A DNA stretch of 64,000 nt from an uncultured Thermoleophilia bacterium. Its GTDB lineage: Bacteria > Actinomycetota > Thermoleophilia > UBA2241. Both the position numbers and the translations under genes were made by a program. Positions 47,649-57,593 of this stretch are shown here, piece after piece. The stretch covers positions 55,051 through 119,050 of the forward strand of contig CAWEHE010000012.1 in NCBI GenBank assembly GCA_963808735.1, read 5' to 3'. Numbering within the stretch: position 1 is the stretch's first letter; the number at the start of each line of letters is the position of its first letter. The notes below the pieces were generated by a model. That model searched no databases and was not told where the DNA came from. It saw nothing but the letters and a program-made list of their open reading frames with translations.

Positions 47649-48653
47649 ATGTACACAGTGATCCAGACCGAGCGCGGCGCCTCGGACAAGGTAATCGAGC
47701 TCGGCGTGTTCGACGGCTGCGGCCTGGACGTGCAGTTCCTCCGCTACGAGCTCGAGGGCGAGGACGCCGTGATCGAGGCGTGCGCCGGCGCCCACGCCCT
47801 CGTCTGCGCCTACGCGCCGCTCACCGCCCGCGTCCTGGACGCCCTCCCCGACGTGTGCATCGTGGCCTTCATGGCCACGGGCTTCAACAGCGTGGACCTC
47901 GATGCCGCCACCGAGCGCGGCATCGTCGTCACCAACGTGCCGGACTACTGCACGCAGGAGGTCGCCGACCACGCCATGGGCTTCCTGCTCGCTCTCGGCC
48001 GCAACCTGCTGCGCCACCACGGCTGCGTCCTGGACGGGCGCTGGGACTACGAGGCCTGCGGCAAACCCGACCGCATCAGCCACCAGACCCTGGGCATCAT
48101 CGGTCTGGGCCGGATCGGCAGAGCCGTCGCCCTGCGGGCACAGGCCTTCGGCCTCACCGTGCTGGCCTCGGACCCCTACGTGGACGAGGCCACCATGAAG
48201 GCCTTCGGTGTGCACAAGACGGGTCTCGACGAGGTGCTGCAGTGCGACTACGTCTCGCTGCACTGCGCGCTCACACCCGAGACCACCGGCATCATCGGGG
48301 AGGCCGAGCTCGAGGCCATGAGGCCCTCGGCCCACCTCATCAACACCGCCCGCGGTGCCTGCGTCGACGACGACGCCCTGGCCGCGGCGCTGCAGGCCGG
48401 CGCGATCGCCGGCGCCGCGCTCGACGTGCTCTGGCCCGAGCCGCTGCCGCCCGGCCACCCGCTCTACACCCTCGACAACGTCATCCTCACGCCGCACACG
48501 GCGTTCATGTCGCGGGTGTCGGAGGAGGAGGTCCGCGAGAAGGCCTGCCTGGAGGTCGTCCGGGCCCTGCGCGGCGAGACGCCTCACTACGTGATCAACA
48601 CAGAGGTGCTGGACCGCCCGAACCTGCGGCTCAGCGCTTCGCGCGCCCTGTGA
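47649..48653 (+). CDS. D-isomer-specific 2-hydroxyacid dehydrogenase family protein; intact
   Basis: ...NSVDLDAATERGIVVTNVPDYCTQEVADHA...TLGIIGLGRIGRAVALRAQAFG (GxGxxG)...SLHCALTPETTGIIG...INTARGACVDDDAL...GAALDVLWPEP...LTPHTAF (Arg/Glu/His catalytic set). Confidence 0.85.
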   Translation: MYTVIQTERGASDKVIELGVFDGCGLDVQFLRYELEGEDAVIEACAGAHALVCAYAPLTARVLDALPDVCIVAFMATGFNSVDLDAATERGIVVTNVPDYCTQEVADHAMGFLLALGRNLLRHHGCVLDGRWDYEACGKPDRISHQTLGIIGLGRIGRAVALRAQAFGLTVLASDPYVDEATMKAFGVHKTGLDEVLQCDYVSLHCALTPETTGIIGEAELEAMRPSAHLINTARGACVDDDALAAALQAGAIAGAALDVLWPEPLPPGHPLYTLDNVILTPHTAFMSRVSEEEVREKACLEVVRALRGETPHYVINTEVLDRPNLRLSASRAL

Positions 48654-48660
48654 GCCGGCG

Positions 48661-49794
48661 ATGAGCAGCGAACGCCTCCCGGGAGAGGACCGCTACCGCG
48701 AGGCGGTCTTCGGCCTCGAGAAGTACGTCGCCGGCTACACCACCGAGCAGGTCGCGCGCGAGCTCGGCCTCACCGACGTGGTCAAGCTCGCCTCGAACGA
48801 GAACGCGTGGGGGCCGTCGCCGAAGGCGCTCGCGGCCATCGAGGGCGAGCTCCACAACCTGTGGCAGTACCCCGAGCAGAGCTTCTTCGACCTCAAGCAC
48901 GTGCTGGCGGAGCACAACGGCGTGCGCCCCGAGAACATCGTCGTCGGCCACGGCACCGAGGTCATCATCCAGCTCATCCCGCAGCTCTTCTGCAACGCCG
49001 GAGACGACGTGATCGTCGCCGACCTCACCTACGGCCGCTACGCCGAGGCCGCCAAGCTCATGGATGCCGGCGTGCAGGTCGTGCCGCTGCGCGACTTCCA
49101 CTACGACCTCGCCGCGGTCCGCGCCGCCGTCGGGCCGCGGACCAAGCTCGTCTGGCTCTGCAGCCCCAACAACCCCACCGGGTGCATCGTCCGGCGCGCC
49201 GAGGCGGACGCCTTCATGGACTCCCTGCCCGAGGACGTCACCGTCGTCTTCGACCAGGCCTACCGCGAGTTCGTGGACGACCCCGACTACGCCGATGGAC
49301 TGGACCTGGTCAAGCAGGGCCGCGAGAACGTCATCGTCCTGCGCACCTTCTCCAAGGCCTACGGCCTCGCGGGCATGCGCCTGGGCTACGCGCTCGTGCC
49401 CGAGCGCGTATGCTGGCTTCTGGACACGATCAAGGAGCCGTTCAATCTCAACCGGCTCTCCATCGTCGCCGGACCCGCGGCCCTCGCCGACACCGCGTGG
49501 CTGGAGGACTGCGTGACACAGACCATCGCCGGCAGGAAGCTCCTCACCGAGACGCTCACCGCGTGGGGCTTCGCGGTCGCGCCGAGCCAGGCCAACTTCA
49601 TCCTCGTCGACGTCGGCGAGAACGCCGAAGGGCTCTGGGACCGCCTGCTGCGACGCGGCGTCATCGTGCGCCCGTGCACCGGCTGGGGCCTCACGGAGCA
49701 CGTGCGCGTGACCGTGGGGCGGCCGGAGCAGAACGAGCGCTTCCTCGAGGCGCTGCGCCTCGAGTCGCGGGCGCTCGCCGGGGAGCCCGCGTGA
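48661..49794 (+). CDS. Histidinol-phosphate aminotransferase-like class II PLP aminotransferase; intact
   Basis: ...LASNENAWGPSPKALAAI...YPE...LCSPNNPTG...VVFDQAYREF...VLRTFSKAYGLAGMRLGY (PLP Lys)...RVTVG. 377 codons. TGA overlaps the next GTG (GTGA). Confidence 0.8.
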   Translation: MSSERLPGEDRYREAVFGLEKYVAGYTTEQVARELGLTDVVKLASNENAWGPSPKALAAIEGELHNLWQYPEQSFFDLKHVLAEHNGVRPENIVVGHGTEVIIQLIPQLFCNAGDDVIVADLTYGRYAEAAKLMDAGVQVVPLRDFHYDLAAVRAAVGPRTKLVWLCSPNNPTGCIVRRAEADAFMDSLPEDVTVVFDQAYREFVDDPDYADGLDLVKQGRENVIVLRTFSKAYGLAGMRLGYALVPERVCWLLDTIKEPFNLNRLSIVAGPAALADTAWLEDCVTQTIAGRKLLTETLTAWGFAVAPSQANFILVDVGENAEGLWDRLLRRGVIVRPCTGWGLTEHVRVTVGRPEQNERFLEALRLESRALAGEPA

Positions 49795-51217
49795 GCGCGG
49801 CGCGGCGCAACCCCACGCCGGCGGAGGCCGCGCTGCTGCGCGACCTGCGCAGCGGGCTCGCGCCGGACCAGGTGGTCACGGGTCCCGAGGAACTCGTGTG
49901 CTACGGCTTCGACGCGGCCGCCGACGCCGTGCCGGGCCTGCCGGCCGCCGTCGTGTTCCCGCGGACGACGGCCGAGGTCTCGCTCGTCGTCCAGGCCGCC
50001 GCGCGGCACCGGCGCCCGGTGTACACGCGCGGCGCCGGCACCAACCTGAGCGGCGGCAGCACGCCGGTCGACGGCGGCCTCGTCGCTCTGCCTGCTCGAG
50101 ATGGACGAGATCCTCGAGATCGACGCCGTGAACCTCACCGCCACGGTGCAGCCCGGCGTCATCATCAAGGACCTCGACGAGGCCTGCGGCAAGGTCGGCC
50201 TCATGTACCCGCCGGACCCCGGCTCGGTGGCCGTGGCCACCATGGGCGGCAGCGTCGCGGAGTGCTCCGGCGGCCTGCGCGGCCTCAAGTACGGCGTCAC
50301 CAAGGACTACGTGATGGGCCTCGAGGTCGTGCTCGCCGACGGGCGCGTGCTGCGCTCGGGCGGCAAGACCGTCAAGAACGTCACCGGCTACGACCTCGTC
50401 AAGCTCATGGTCGGCTCCGAGGGCACGCTCGGCGTCATCACCGAGATCACCGTGAAGCTGCGTCCGCGGCCCGAGGCCGTGCGCAGCATGCTCGTCTACT
50501 TCGACGACCAGAAGGTCGCCGCCGACGCCGCCGTCGCCATCGTCGGCGCCGGCGTCATCCCGGCGACGCTGGAGTTCATGGACCACACCACCATCGTCGC
50601 CGTCGAGAACTTCACCCACGTCGGGCCTGCGCGAGGACGCCGAGGCGGCGCTGCTCATCGAGGTGGACGGCATCCCCGAGGTGGTCGTGCGGGAGGCCGA
50701 GACCGTGCTCGAGGTGCTGCGCGCCCACGGCGGCGAGGTCAAGGAGGCCGCGATGGGCGCCGAGCGCGACTCCCTGTGGGCCGCGCGGCGCGCGGCCCTG
50801 CCGGCGGTCGCGCGGCTGCGCCCCACGATCATCGTCGAGGACGCCACCGTGCCCCGCAGCCAGATCACCGCCATGCTGGACCTGGTGGCCGACCTCGCGC
50901 GCAAACACGACCTCAGCATCAGCGTGGTCGGCCACGCCGGCGACGGCAACCTGCACCCCAGCATCCTCTGCGACAAGAACGACCCGGTGGAGATGGCCCG
51001 CGTGAACGCCGCCATCGACGAGCTCTTCGCGGCCACGCTGAAGCTCGGCGGCACGCTCAGCGGCGAGCACGGCATCGGCACCTCCAAGCAGCGGTACCTG
51101 CCGTGGGAGATCGGCGACGTCGGCGTGGAGGTCTCGGAGCGCATCAAGCGGGCCCTGGACCCCGGCGACCTGCTCAACCCCGGCAAGGTGGTCACGCTGA
51201 CCGCGGCGGGCGGCTGA
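49791..51217 (+). CDS. FAD-linked oxidase (GlcD / D-lactate dehydrogenase-like); frameshifts near 50090 and 50620
   Basis: ...AAVVFPRTTAEVSLVVQAAARHRRPVYTRGAGTNLSGGSTP / ...VQPGVIIKDLDEACGKVGLMYPPDPGS...TMGGSVAECSGGLRGLKYGVTKDYVMGLEVVLADG...KNVTGYDLVKLMVGSEGTLGVITE / ...HAGDGNLHP...GGTLSGEHGIGTSKQ. Confidence 0.8.
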
Positions 51218-52544
51218 TGCCCGAGCTCGAGGAACTGCGCGAGCACATCTCCACGTGCATGCGCTGCGGCAACTGCCAGGCGGTCTGCCCCGTATACAAG
51301 GAGACGCACCGCGAGGCGGCGGTCGCGCGCGGCAAGGTCGCCATCGCGGCGGCGCTGCTGAACGGCGAGATCGAGCCGGACGACGAGGCCCTGCGCCAGC
51401 TGGACCTCTGCCTCACCTGCACCGCGTGTGTGGCGGGCTGCCCGTCGGGAGTCCGCATCGACGAGGTGATCCTCGCGGCGCGTGCCGAGGTCGTCCGCCG
51501 CCGCGGGGTGTCGCCGGCCACGGCGGCCGTGTTCGCGGCCGTCAAGCGGCCGCGCGTGCTCAAGGCAGGCGCCGCCGCGGCGGCGCGGCTCCAGGACGTC
51601 GCGCTCGCGCCCGGCCCCGAAGCGGGCCTGGGCGTGCCGCGTGTGTCCATCCCCGGGCTGGGCAAGGGCGTCCTGCCGAGGCTCGCGGACCGCCCGCTGG
51701 GCGCGGGCGACGGCTCGGCATCGCGCGGCGGACGGCCGGCGCGTCGTCTTCTACCCCGGCTGCATGATCACCTACGTCTACCCGGAGATCGGCCGCGCCC
51801 TGGTCGCCGCGCTCGGCACCGCCGGCGTCGGCGTCGCCCTGCCGCCCGAGAACCACTGCTGCGGGGTGCCCATGCTCATGCACGGCGACACCGGACACCG
51901 CGCGCGAGCTGGCGCAGGACCTCGTGCGCGCCCTGGAGGGCATGCACGGCGAGGCCGTCCTGACGGCGTGCCCAACGTGCGGCTCCGCGCTCAAGCACTT
52001 CATCCCGCGGCTGCTCGCCGGCGACCCGGAGTGGAGCCTGCGCGCGGAGGTGCTCGCCGAACGCACCGTGGACGCCACCGAGTACCTCGCCGAGCGGGTC
52101 GACCTGCCGGCGGCCTCCGCCCCCGCCGGCGTCCGCGTCACCTACCACGACCCGTGCCACCTGGCGCGCGGCCAGGGCGTCCGCTCCCAGCCGCGCGACC
52201 TCGTGACCCGGGTCGCGGGCCACGACCTCGTGGAGCTGGCCTCCGCCGAGGTCTGCTGCGGCGGGGCCGGGTCGTTCCTGCTCACGCACCCGTCCCTCTC
52301 CCGGAAGATCGGCGACCGCAAGGCGGCGGAGATCGCCGCCACAGGCGCCGACGTCGTCGTCACCAGCTGTCCCGGCTGCCGGATGCAGCTCACCGGGAGC
52401 CTGCGCCGCGACGGCATGGGCCAGCGCGTGTGCCACACCGTCGAGCTGGTCGCGGAGGCGCTGGCCGGAAGCGGCGCGACGTCCACCGGAAGCGCCGGCC
52501 GGGCCGCCTCCGGCGACCGGCCCCCGACCCGTCAGACCGCCTGA
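51217..52544 (+). CDS. (Fe-S)-binding protein with two CCG domains (GlcF / heterodisulfide-reductase-D-like); frameshifts near 51720 and 51900
   Basis: CMRCGNCQAVCPVY...CLTCTACVAGCPSG (2x CxxCxxCxxxCP) / VVFYPGCMITYVYPEIG...ENHCCGVP / ...TACPTCGSAL...VTYHDPCHLARG...CCGGAGSF...VVTSCPGCRMQL. The ATG overlaps the glcD-like TGA (TGATG). Confidence 0.8.
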
Positions 52545-52558
52545 AGCGAAGGAGACCG

Positions 52559-53245
52559 ATGTTCGACTGGCGTGCCGAGTGGCAGGAGCGCTTCGGGCGC
52601 ACCGAGCCCAAGATCATCTGCGTGGGCCTGAACTACAAGGACCACGCCGTCGAGGGCGGCGTGAAGAACCTGCCGACCTCTCCCATCCTGTTCGCCAAGT
52701 TCTCGACCGCCCTGTGCAACGACGGCGACCCCATCCTGATGCCGGAGGGCATCGGGCACGTGGACTCCGAGGCCGAGCTGACCGTCATCATCGGCCGCGA
52801 GTGCCACAAGGTGGCCGCCGACGACGCCCTGGACTTCGTCCACGGCTACACCTGCGGCAACGACGTCAGCGCCCGCGACGCCCAGTTCGGCGACCGCCAG
52901 TGGTTCCGCGGCAAGACCTACGACTCGTTCTGCCCGGTGGGCCCCCGCATCGTCCCGGTCGCCGAGCTCGGCGAGGCCGGCGACCTGCGCGTCGTCCAGC
53001 GCCTCAACGGCGAGACGCTGCAGGACGGCAGCACAAGCCAGCTGATCTTCGGCGTGCGCGAGCTCGTCTCGTTCACCTCGCACGTGCTCACGCTGCTGCC
53101 CGGCGACCTCATCCTCACGGGCACGCCGGCCGGCGTCGGCGTCTTCCGCGACCCCAAGATCACGATGAAGCCCGGTGACGTCGCCGAGGTGGAAATCGAG
53201 GGCATCGGCGTGCTGCGCAACCCGGTGGAGGCGACGGAGGCCTGA
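52559..53245 (+). CDS. Fumarylacetoacetate hydrolase (FAH) family protein; intact
   Basis: KIICVGLNYKDHAVE...PILFAKFSTAL...HVDSEAELTVIIG...GYTCGNDVSARD...QWFRGKTYDSFCPVGP...LLPGDLILTGTPAGVG. GAAGGAG sits 7 nt upstream of the ATG. Confidence 0.85.
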   Translation: MFDWRAEWQERFGRTEPKIICVGLNYKDHAVEGGVKNLPTSPILFAKFSTALCNDGDPILMPEGIGHVDSEAELTVIIGRECHKVAADDALDFVHGYTCGNDVSARDAQFGDRQWFRGKTYDSFCPVGPRIVPVAELGEAGDLRVVQRLNGETLQDGSTSQLIFGVRELVSFTSHVLTLLPGDLILTGTPAGVGVFRDPKITMKPGDVAEVEIEGIGVLRNPVEATEA

Positions 53246-53261
53246 GCGCGGGCGACTCGCC

Positions 53262-53483
53262 GTGAGCGACAACGAGTCGTACCCCAACTCCTACTGGTAC
53301 TGGCGCTGCACCGACTGCGGCCGCACCATCGGCCGCGAGGTGTTCGGCCTCATCCCGCTCCCGGCCGAGGAGCAGGAGAAGCGTCCGCTCTGCCTGGCCT
53401 GCTACCGCTACCGGCTCGAGCAGGGTCTGGCGGAGCTCTCCGAGCAGGCGCCGAAGCGGCCCGGGGACGAGGGGTGGCTGTGA
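53262..53483 (+). CDS. Small hypothetical protein with CxxC...CxxC (zinc-ribbon-like) spacing
   Basis: VSDNESYPNSYWYWRCTDCGRTIGREVFGLIPLPAEEQEKRPLCLACYRYRLEQGLAELSEQ. The GTG lies 14 nt after the FAH stop. I do not recognise a family, and coding status is uncertain. Confidence 0.35.
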   Translation: MSDNESYPNSYWYWRCTDCGRTIGREVFGLIPLPAEEQEKRPLCLACYRYRLEQGLAELSEQAPKRPGDEGWL

Positions 53484-53555
53484 CGCCTGCGCTGGGGGCG
53501 GTCGAGAGGATGGAGGCGGAGACGGCAGATCAGACTCGACAGTCTCCGCGCCTCA

Positions 53556-53800
53556 CTAGGTCCTGTGGCCGCGGACCGCAGAGCGATCCACGCTGGTCAG
53601 CCCCGCGTGCTTGGCGATCCGGGCGAGCATGCGCGGCCCGCTTCACTCGTTGCGGGCCTCGTGGAAGGCGAAGACGATGTCGGGCCGGCCAGGGCGAGCA
53701 AGGACTCTGTGCGAACCGGACTAACGCTTGACGGTCCAGCCGATGCGCAGCAGCGCCGCAGCACGAGGCGCGCCCGCGTGCACGGCCACTCCGTCGTGCG
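53556..53800 (-). pseudogene. hicA: HicA-like mRNA interferase toxin, disrupted by a frameshift, an in-frame TAG and an in-frame TGA
   Basis: Best frame reads ...AAALLRIGWTVKR-TAG-SGSHRVLARPGRPDIVFAFHEARNE-TGA-SGPRMLARIAKHAGLTSVD. This matches the HicA consensus (IGW..KRQ.GSH..L.R.G....FAFHD..EIGP.ML..IAK..GL). Confidence 0.6.
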
Positions 53801-54001
53801 GCCTTGAAGGAGATGCCCATCATGGACGGTCGTCTCGCCGTGCGCCGGCGGCCCGCCACGACCCGCAGGGCCAGCGCCGGCACGCGCGCCATGGCCACCC
53901 TCCGCCTCGCCGTAGGCGACGGCGCCCGGCAACTCGACCACTTCGGCTATCCAGCGGCCGTGTGCCTCTTGCTCGAGCTCGATCAGGAACGTGACCGACA
54001 T
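53801..54001 (-). pseudogene. hicB: HicB-like antitoxin (UPF0150 N-terminal domain), frameshifted
   Basis: MSVTFLIELEQEAHGRWIAEVVELPGAVAYGEAEG then, in another frame, AMARVPALALRVVA...; typical HicB N-domain. About 2 frame changes. Confidence 0.55.
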
Positions 54002-54163
54002 GCGTGACCTCCGTCGCCCCGCAGAGCGGCTCAGTTCAGGTGGCGTGGCCCGGACGCGTCCATGGCCTCCTCCGGTGAGGTGTTCAGTGTCTCCCCGCGG
54101 AGGTCCCGTCGCAAGAGGTCGAGCGTAGTGCTCGGCTCACGTTGAGTCGCACGGCCCCCGGCC

Positions 54164-54497
54164 TCAGCGCGGCGTGAAGATCACGCAGTGCGGCTTCTCC
54201 TCCATGATCTTGGCCAACTCCGTCACATCGCCGTAGTACATGGTCGAGGCCTGGCAGTGCTTCACGCAGGCTGGCTGCTCGCCCTTCGCGGTGCGGGCGG
54301 CGCACAGATCGCAGTACATGGTGGTGAAGGGCAGGTAGTCGATGCGGTAGGTCTTGTCCGGCTTCTCGGTCAGGACCTCCATGCAGATGGATGCCGCCCA
54401 TGCCCGCGGGATAGTCGTGCTCCTGCTTGCAGGCCACCTCGCAGGAGTGGCAGCCGGTGCAGTAGTCGTAGTCGATCAGCAGGCCTTGTCTAGACAT
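54164..54497 (-). CDS. Small 4Fe-4S ferredoxin-type subunit of the adjacent molybdopterin oxidoreductase; one frameshift near 54385
   Basis: MSRQGLLIDYDYCTGCHSCEVACKQEHDYPAGMGGIH / EVLTEKPDKTYRIDYLPFTTMYCDLCAARTAKGEQPACVKHCQASTMYYGDVTELAKIMEE. The ATG overlaps the large-subunit TAG by 8 nt. Confidence 0.7.
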
Positions 54498-56764
54498 AGC
54501 TGACCTCCTCTCCTTCCTTCACCTTAGAGATCTTGCAGAGCATCGTCTTGGTGAAGGCGCCGCCGAAACCAGACTTGCTGTTGTTGCCCATGGGGATCAG
54601 CTGGTTGACGTTGATGTCCCACACCTTGTACGGGTTGCCGTCGCCCTTGTACTCGGCCTCGGGGATCCACCAGCCGTGCTGAGCGACCACGATCGTCCGG
54701 GTGCGTCAGCGGCGTGATCACGGCCTTGCGCTTGGCCTTGCCCATGGTGCCCTCGATGAGCACCCAGTCGCCGTCCTTGATGCCGTACTTGGCGGCGGTA
54801 TCGGGGTGGATCTCCACCGGCGGATCGGGGTTGATCTCGCGCAGCCAGGGGATCATGCGGTGCTCGGAGTGGAACATGACGCCCACCCGGCGGCCGGTGT
54901 TCAGGATCAGCGGGTACTCCTTGTGGATCTCGGGCGTGCTGACCTCGCTCTCGATGGGCTCCACGTGGTGCGGCAGCGGGTTCAGGCCGTACTCCTCGAA
55001 CTTCTGGCTGTAGAACTCGAATTTGCCCGAAGGCGTGCGGAAGCCCGGCTGGCCGTCGGGGCGCAGCAGGCCTTTCTCGTGGCGGTGATAGGGCGTGGTG
55101 GGGTCGCCCTTGGGCGCCAGGCAGTAGCCCGGCCTCCTTGAGCGACTCGAAGGTGTGGCCGGTGACCGACAGGCGCTGGTCGAGCAGCGCGCGGACGTTG
55201 GGCCAGGGCACGGCGTCCGGGTTGAGGCGCCGGGCGAGCTCGAAGTTGATCTCCCAGTCCATGCGCGCTTCGTCGGTCTCGGCGACCTTGTAGATAGGGT
55301 TGCAGGGCACGCCGGTGGTGAAGGCCGAGTCTTTCTCGGTGATGGCGGCGGCCGGCAGCACGATGTCGGCGATGGCCTGCGCGGTCGGGGTCATGAAGGT
55401 GTCGACCACCACGTTGAACTCCAGCTTGCGCACGGCCTCGTAGTGGCGGCGCGGGTCCTGCGCCGTGCCGGCCAGGAAGTTGTTGGTCTGGCACCACAGG
55501 CCCTTGATGGGGTAGGGCTTGCCGGTCTCCATCTGCTCCAGCACGTCGTCGGACATGGCCCAGGAGCGGAAGTTCTTCACCAGCGGGTACTTGTCGGCGC
55601 CGATGCGCTTCTGGTTCATCTTGTCGACGAACTCCTGGCCGTAGAGCTGGATGACCTCTTCGGTGGAGTAGGGGTAGATGGTGACGCCTTGAGCCGGCCG
55701 CGAGATGACGTTGCCGCCGGGGTTGTCGATGTTGCCGGTGAGCGCCCACAGGCTGGCCAGACCGTGGACGGTGGCCACCGCCTCGGCATTGGAGTCCAGC
55801 GGCTGGCCGAAGCGCATCTGGGCCGGCTTGGCCGCGGCGTACATGCGGGCGGCCTTGACGATCTTGTCCGTGGGGACCCAGGTGATCTGCGAGAGGTCGT
55901 CCAGCGAGTACTTGGCCACCTCCGCCTTCAGCTTGTCGAAGCCGAAGGTCCACTTCTCGACGAACTCCTTGTCGTAGAGGTTCTCCTCGATGATCACCTT
56001 GATCATGCCCAGGGCCAGGGCGCCGTCGGTGCCCGGACGGACGCGCAGCCAGAGTTCGGCGCGCCCGGCCTCCCAGCCGTTGTACGGGTCGACGACCATG
56101 AGCTTGGCGCCGCGCTTCATCATGTCGATGACGTAGTGGCCGCTGAAGTAGTGGTCGGCGCACTGGCTGCCCTGCAGGTTGCGGGCCCAGCTGACGATCA
56201 GCTCCGGGCACTTCCAGTCCGGGTCGTCGTAGCGCTGCGGGAAGAACTGCGCCGCGTCCGGAAAGGTCATGTCGCCCATGACCTGGAAGCACGAGGCCAG
56301 GCGCGGGGTGAAGCAGGCGATGCCGGAGAGGCCGAAGAGCGTCCAGTTGGGGCTGCCGTAGGCGTAGGCCAAGAAGATGATGGGGCCGCCCGAGTCGCGG
56401 CCGGTGCCCTGGCCGAAGATCATGCACTCGGCGCCGTACTTGTCGCGCAGGTCGCGCATCTTGGCTTCGCAGGTGTCCAGCGCCTCGTCCCAACTGATGC
56501 GCTCCCACTTGCCCGAGCCGCGCTCGCCCACGCGCTTCAGCGGGTGGCGCAGACGGTCGGGATGGTGGATGTACTGCGTCAAAGCCAGCGCGCGCGGGCA
56601 GAGTCTGCCCTGGTGATAGGGATGCTCTTCGTTGCCCTCCACCTTGACGACCGTGCCGTCCTTGACGATAGATCTCGGCCCCGCAGCCGCCATGGCAGCC
56701 GGGGCCGGGCGACCAAAGGCCCATCTTGTCAGACGTCGTAGCCGTCTTCCTTGTAGTGGTGCAT
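54490..56764 (-). CDS. Molybdopterin (bis-MGD) oxidoreductase, DMSO-reductase superfamily, cytoplasmic type (no TAT signal); about 3 frameshifts
   Basis: MHHYKEDGYDV / DKMGLWSPGPGCHGGCGAEIY / KDGTVVKVEGNEEHPYHQGRLCPRALALTQYIHHPDRLRHPLKRVGERGSGKWERISWDEALD...MIFGQGTGRD...LMVVDPY...GTDGALALGMI...GNIDNPGGN...IKGLWCQTNNFL...VVVDTFMTPTAQAIADIVLPAA / ...GFRTPSGKFEFYSQKFEEYGLNPLPHHVEP...EYPLILNTGRR...FHSEHR...IKDGDWVLIE / VAQHGWWIPE... Confidence 0.8.
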
Positions 56765-56994
56765 CCCCAGCCTCTCTCCCGAGAAGGACGGCCGCAGGAT
56801 AGCAGAACGTCCACCACCGGCAGCCCTCGTCATCCTGTCGCTCCGGGCCTCGCGCTCCTACGGTGCCGACGTGACGAGCGACGGCCCGCGCGCCGCAGGT
56901 GCACCGCTCACTGGCGGGACGCAGCCAGGACCCATCCGACGCCGGTCGCCGACCCGACGACCTGTTCCATCGCGAATTGATGTGGGTACAATAA

Positions 56995-57279
56995 ATGCGG
57001 TTCAGCTACGATCCTGCGAAGAGCGAGCGCAACGCCCTCGAGCGGGGTCTGCCCTTCGACCTCGCGGCAGAGTTCGATTGGGACACGGCGCTGATCATCA
57101 AGGACAGACGCGTGGCCTACGGGGAACACCGCTATCAGGCACTTGGACTCATCGGCGAGCGTTTGCACAAGCTGGTCTTCACTCCGCGCGACGACACGGT
57201 GCGCGTGATCAGTCTGCGCAAGGCGAACCGACGCGAGAGGAGGCGGTATGCGGCGGAAACCGGACCCAGAACTGATTGA
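56995..57279 (+). CDS. brnT: BrnT-family (DUF497) ribonuclease toxin; intact
   Basis: MRFSYDPAKSERNALERGLPFDLAAEFDWDTALIIKDRRVAYGEHRYQALGLIGERLHKLVFTPRDDTVRVISLRKANRRERRRY is the canonical BrnT pattern. TACAAT lies immediately upstream. Confidence 0.8.
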   Translation: MRFSYDPAKSERNALERGLPFDLAAEFDWDTALIIKDRRVAYGEHRYQALGLIGERLHKLVFTPRDDTVRVISLRKANRRERRRYAAETGPRTD

Positions 57280-57547
57280 CGACGAGAACCCAGAGGCCGA
57301 CGAGGAGTGGTTCCGCCAGGCGCGCCCGGCCGCGGACGTCCTGCCCGAGATCTTCGGGCCGGAGGTCGCGGCAGAGATGCTGCGGCCAAGGCGCGGCCGG
57401 CCTGTGTCAGCGAAGCCGAAACAGCACGTCAACATCCGCCTGGACGCCGACGTGGTGCAGGCATTCAAGAGCACCGGCAAGGGATGGCAGACGCGGATGA
57501 ACGCTGCCCTGCGTGACTGGCTGAACACGCACGCGCCGGCGGGCTGA
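57248..57547 (+). CDS. brnA: BrnA-family (DUF4415) antitoxin; intact
   Basis: ...DDENPEADEEWFRQARPA...GRPVSAKPKQHVNIRLDADVVQAFKSTGKGWQTRMNAALRDWL is the canonical BrnA C-terminus. It overlaps brnT by 32 nt. Confidence 0.8.
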   Translation: MRRKPDPELIDDENPEADEEWFRQARPAADVLPEIFGPEVAAEMLRPRRGRPVSAKPKQHVNIRLDADVVQAFKSTGKGWQTRMNAALRDWLNTHAPAG

Positions 57548-57593
57548 CACAGGCGGGCGGGCCGGCGAAGCGATGCGCGCCCGACCGCGCGGC

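Noticed and set aside
53175-53261. N-terminal extension of the small Zn-ribbon-like ORF overlapping the FAH gene.
   Set aside because: The extension overlaps the 3' end of the FAH gene in another frame and is Arg-rich. GTG 53262 just after the FAH stop is the more plausible start.
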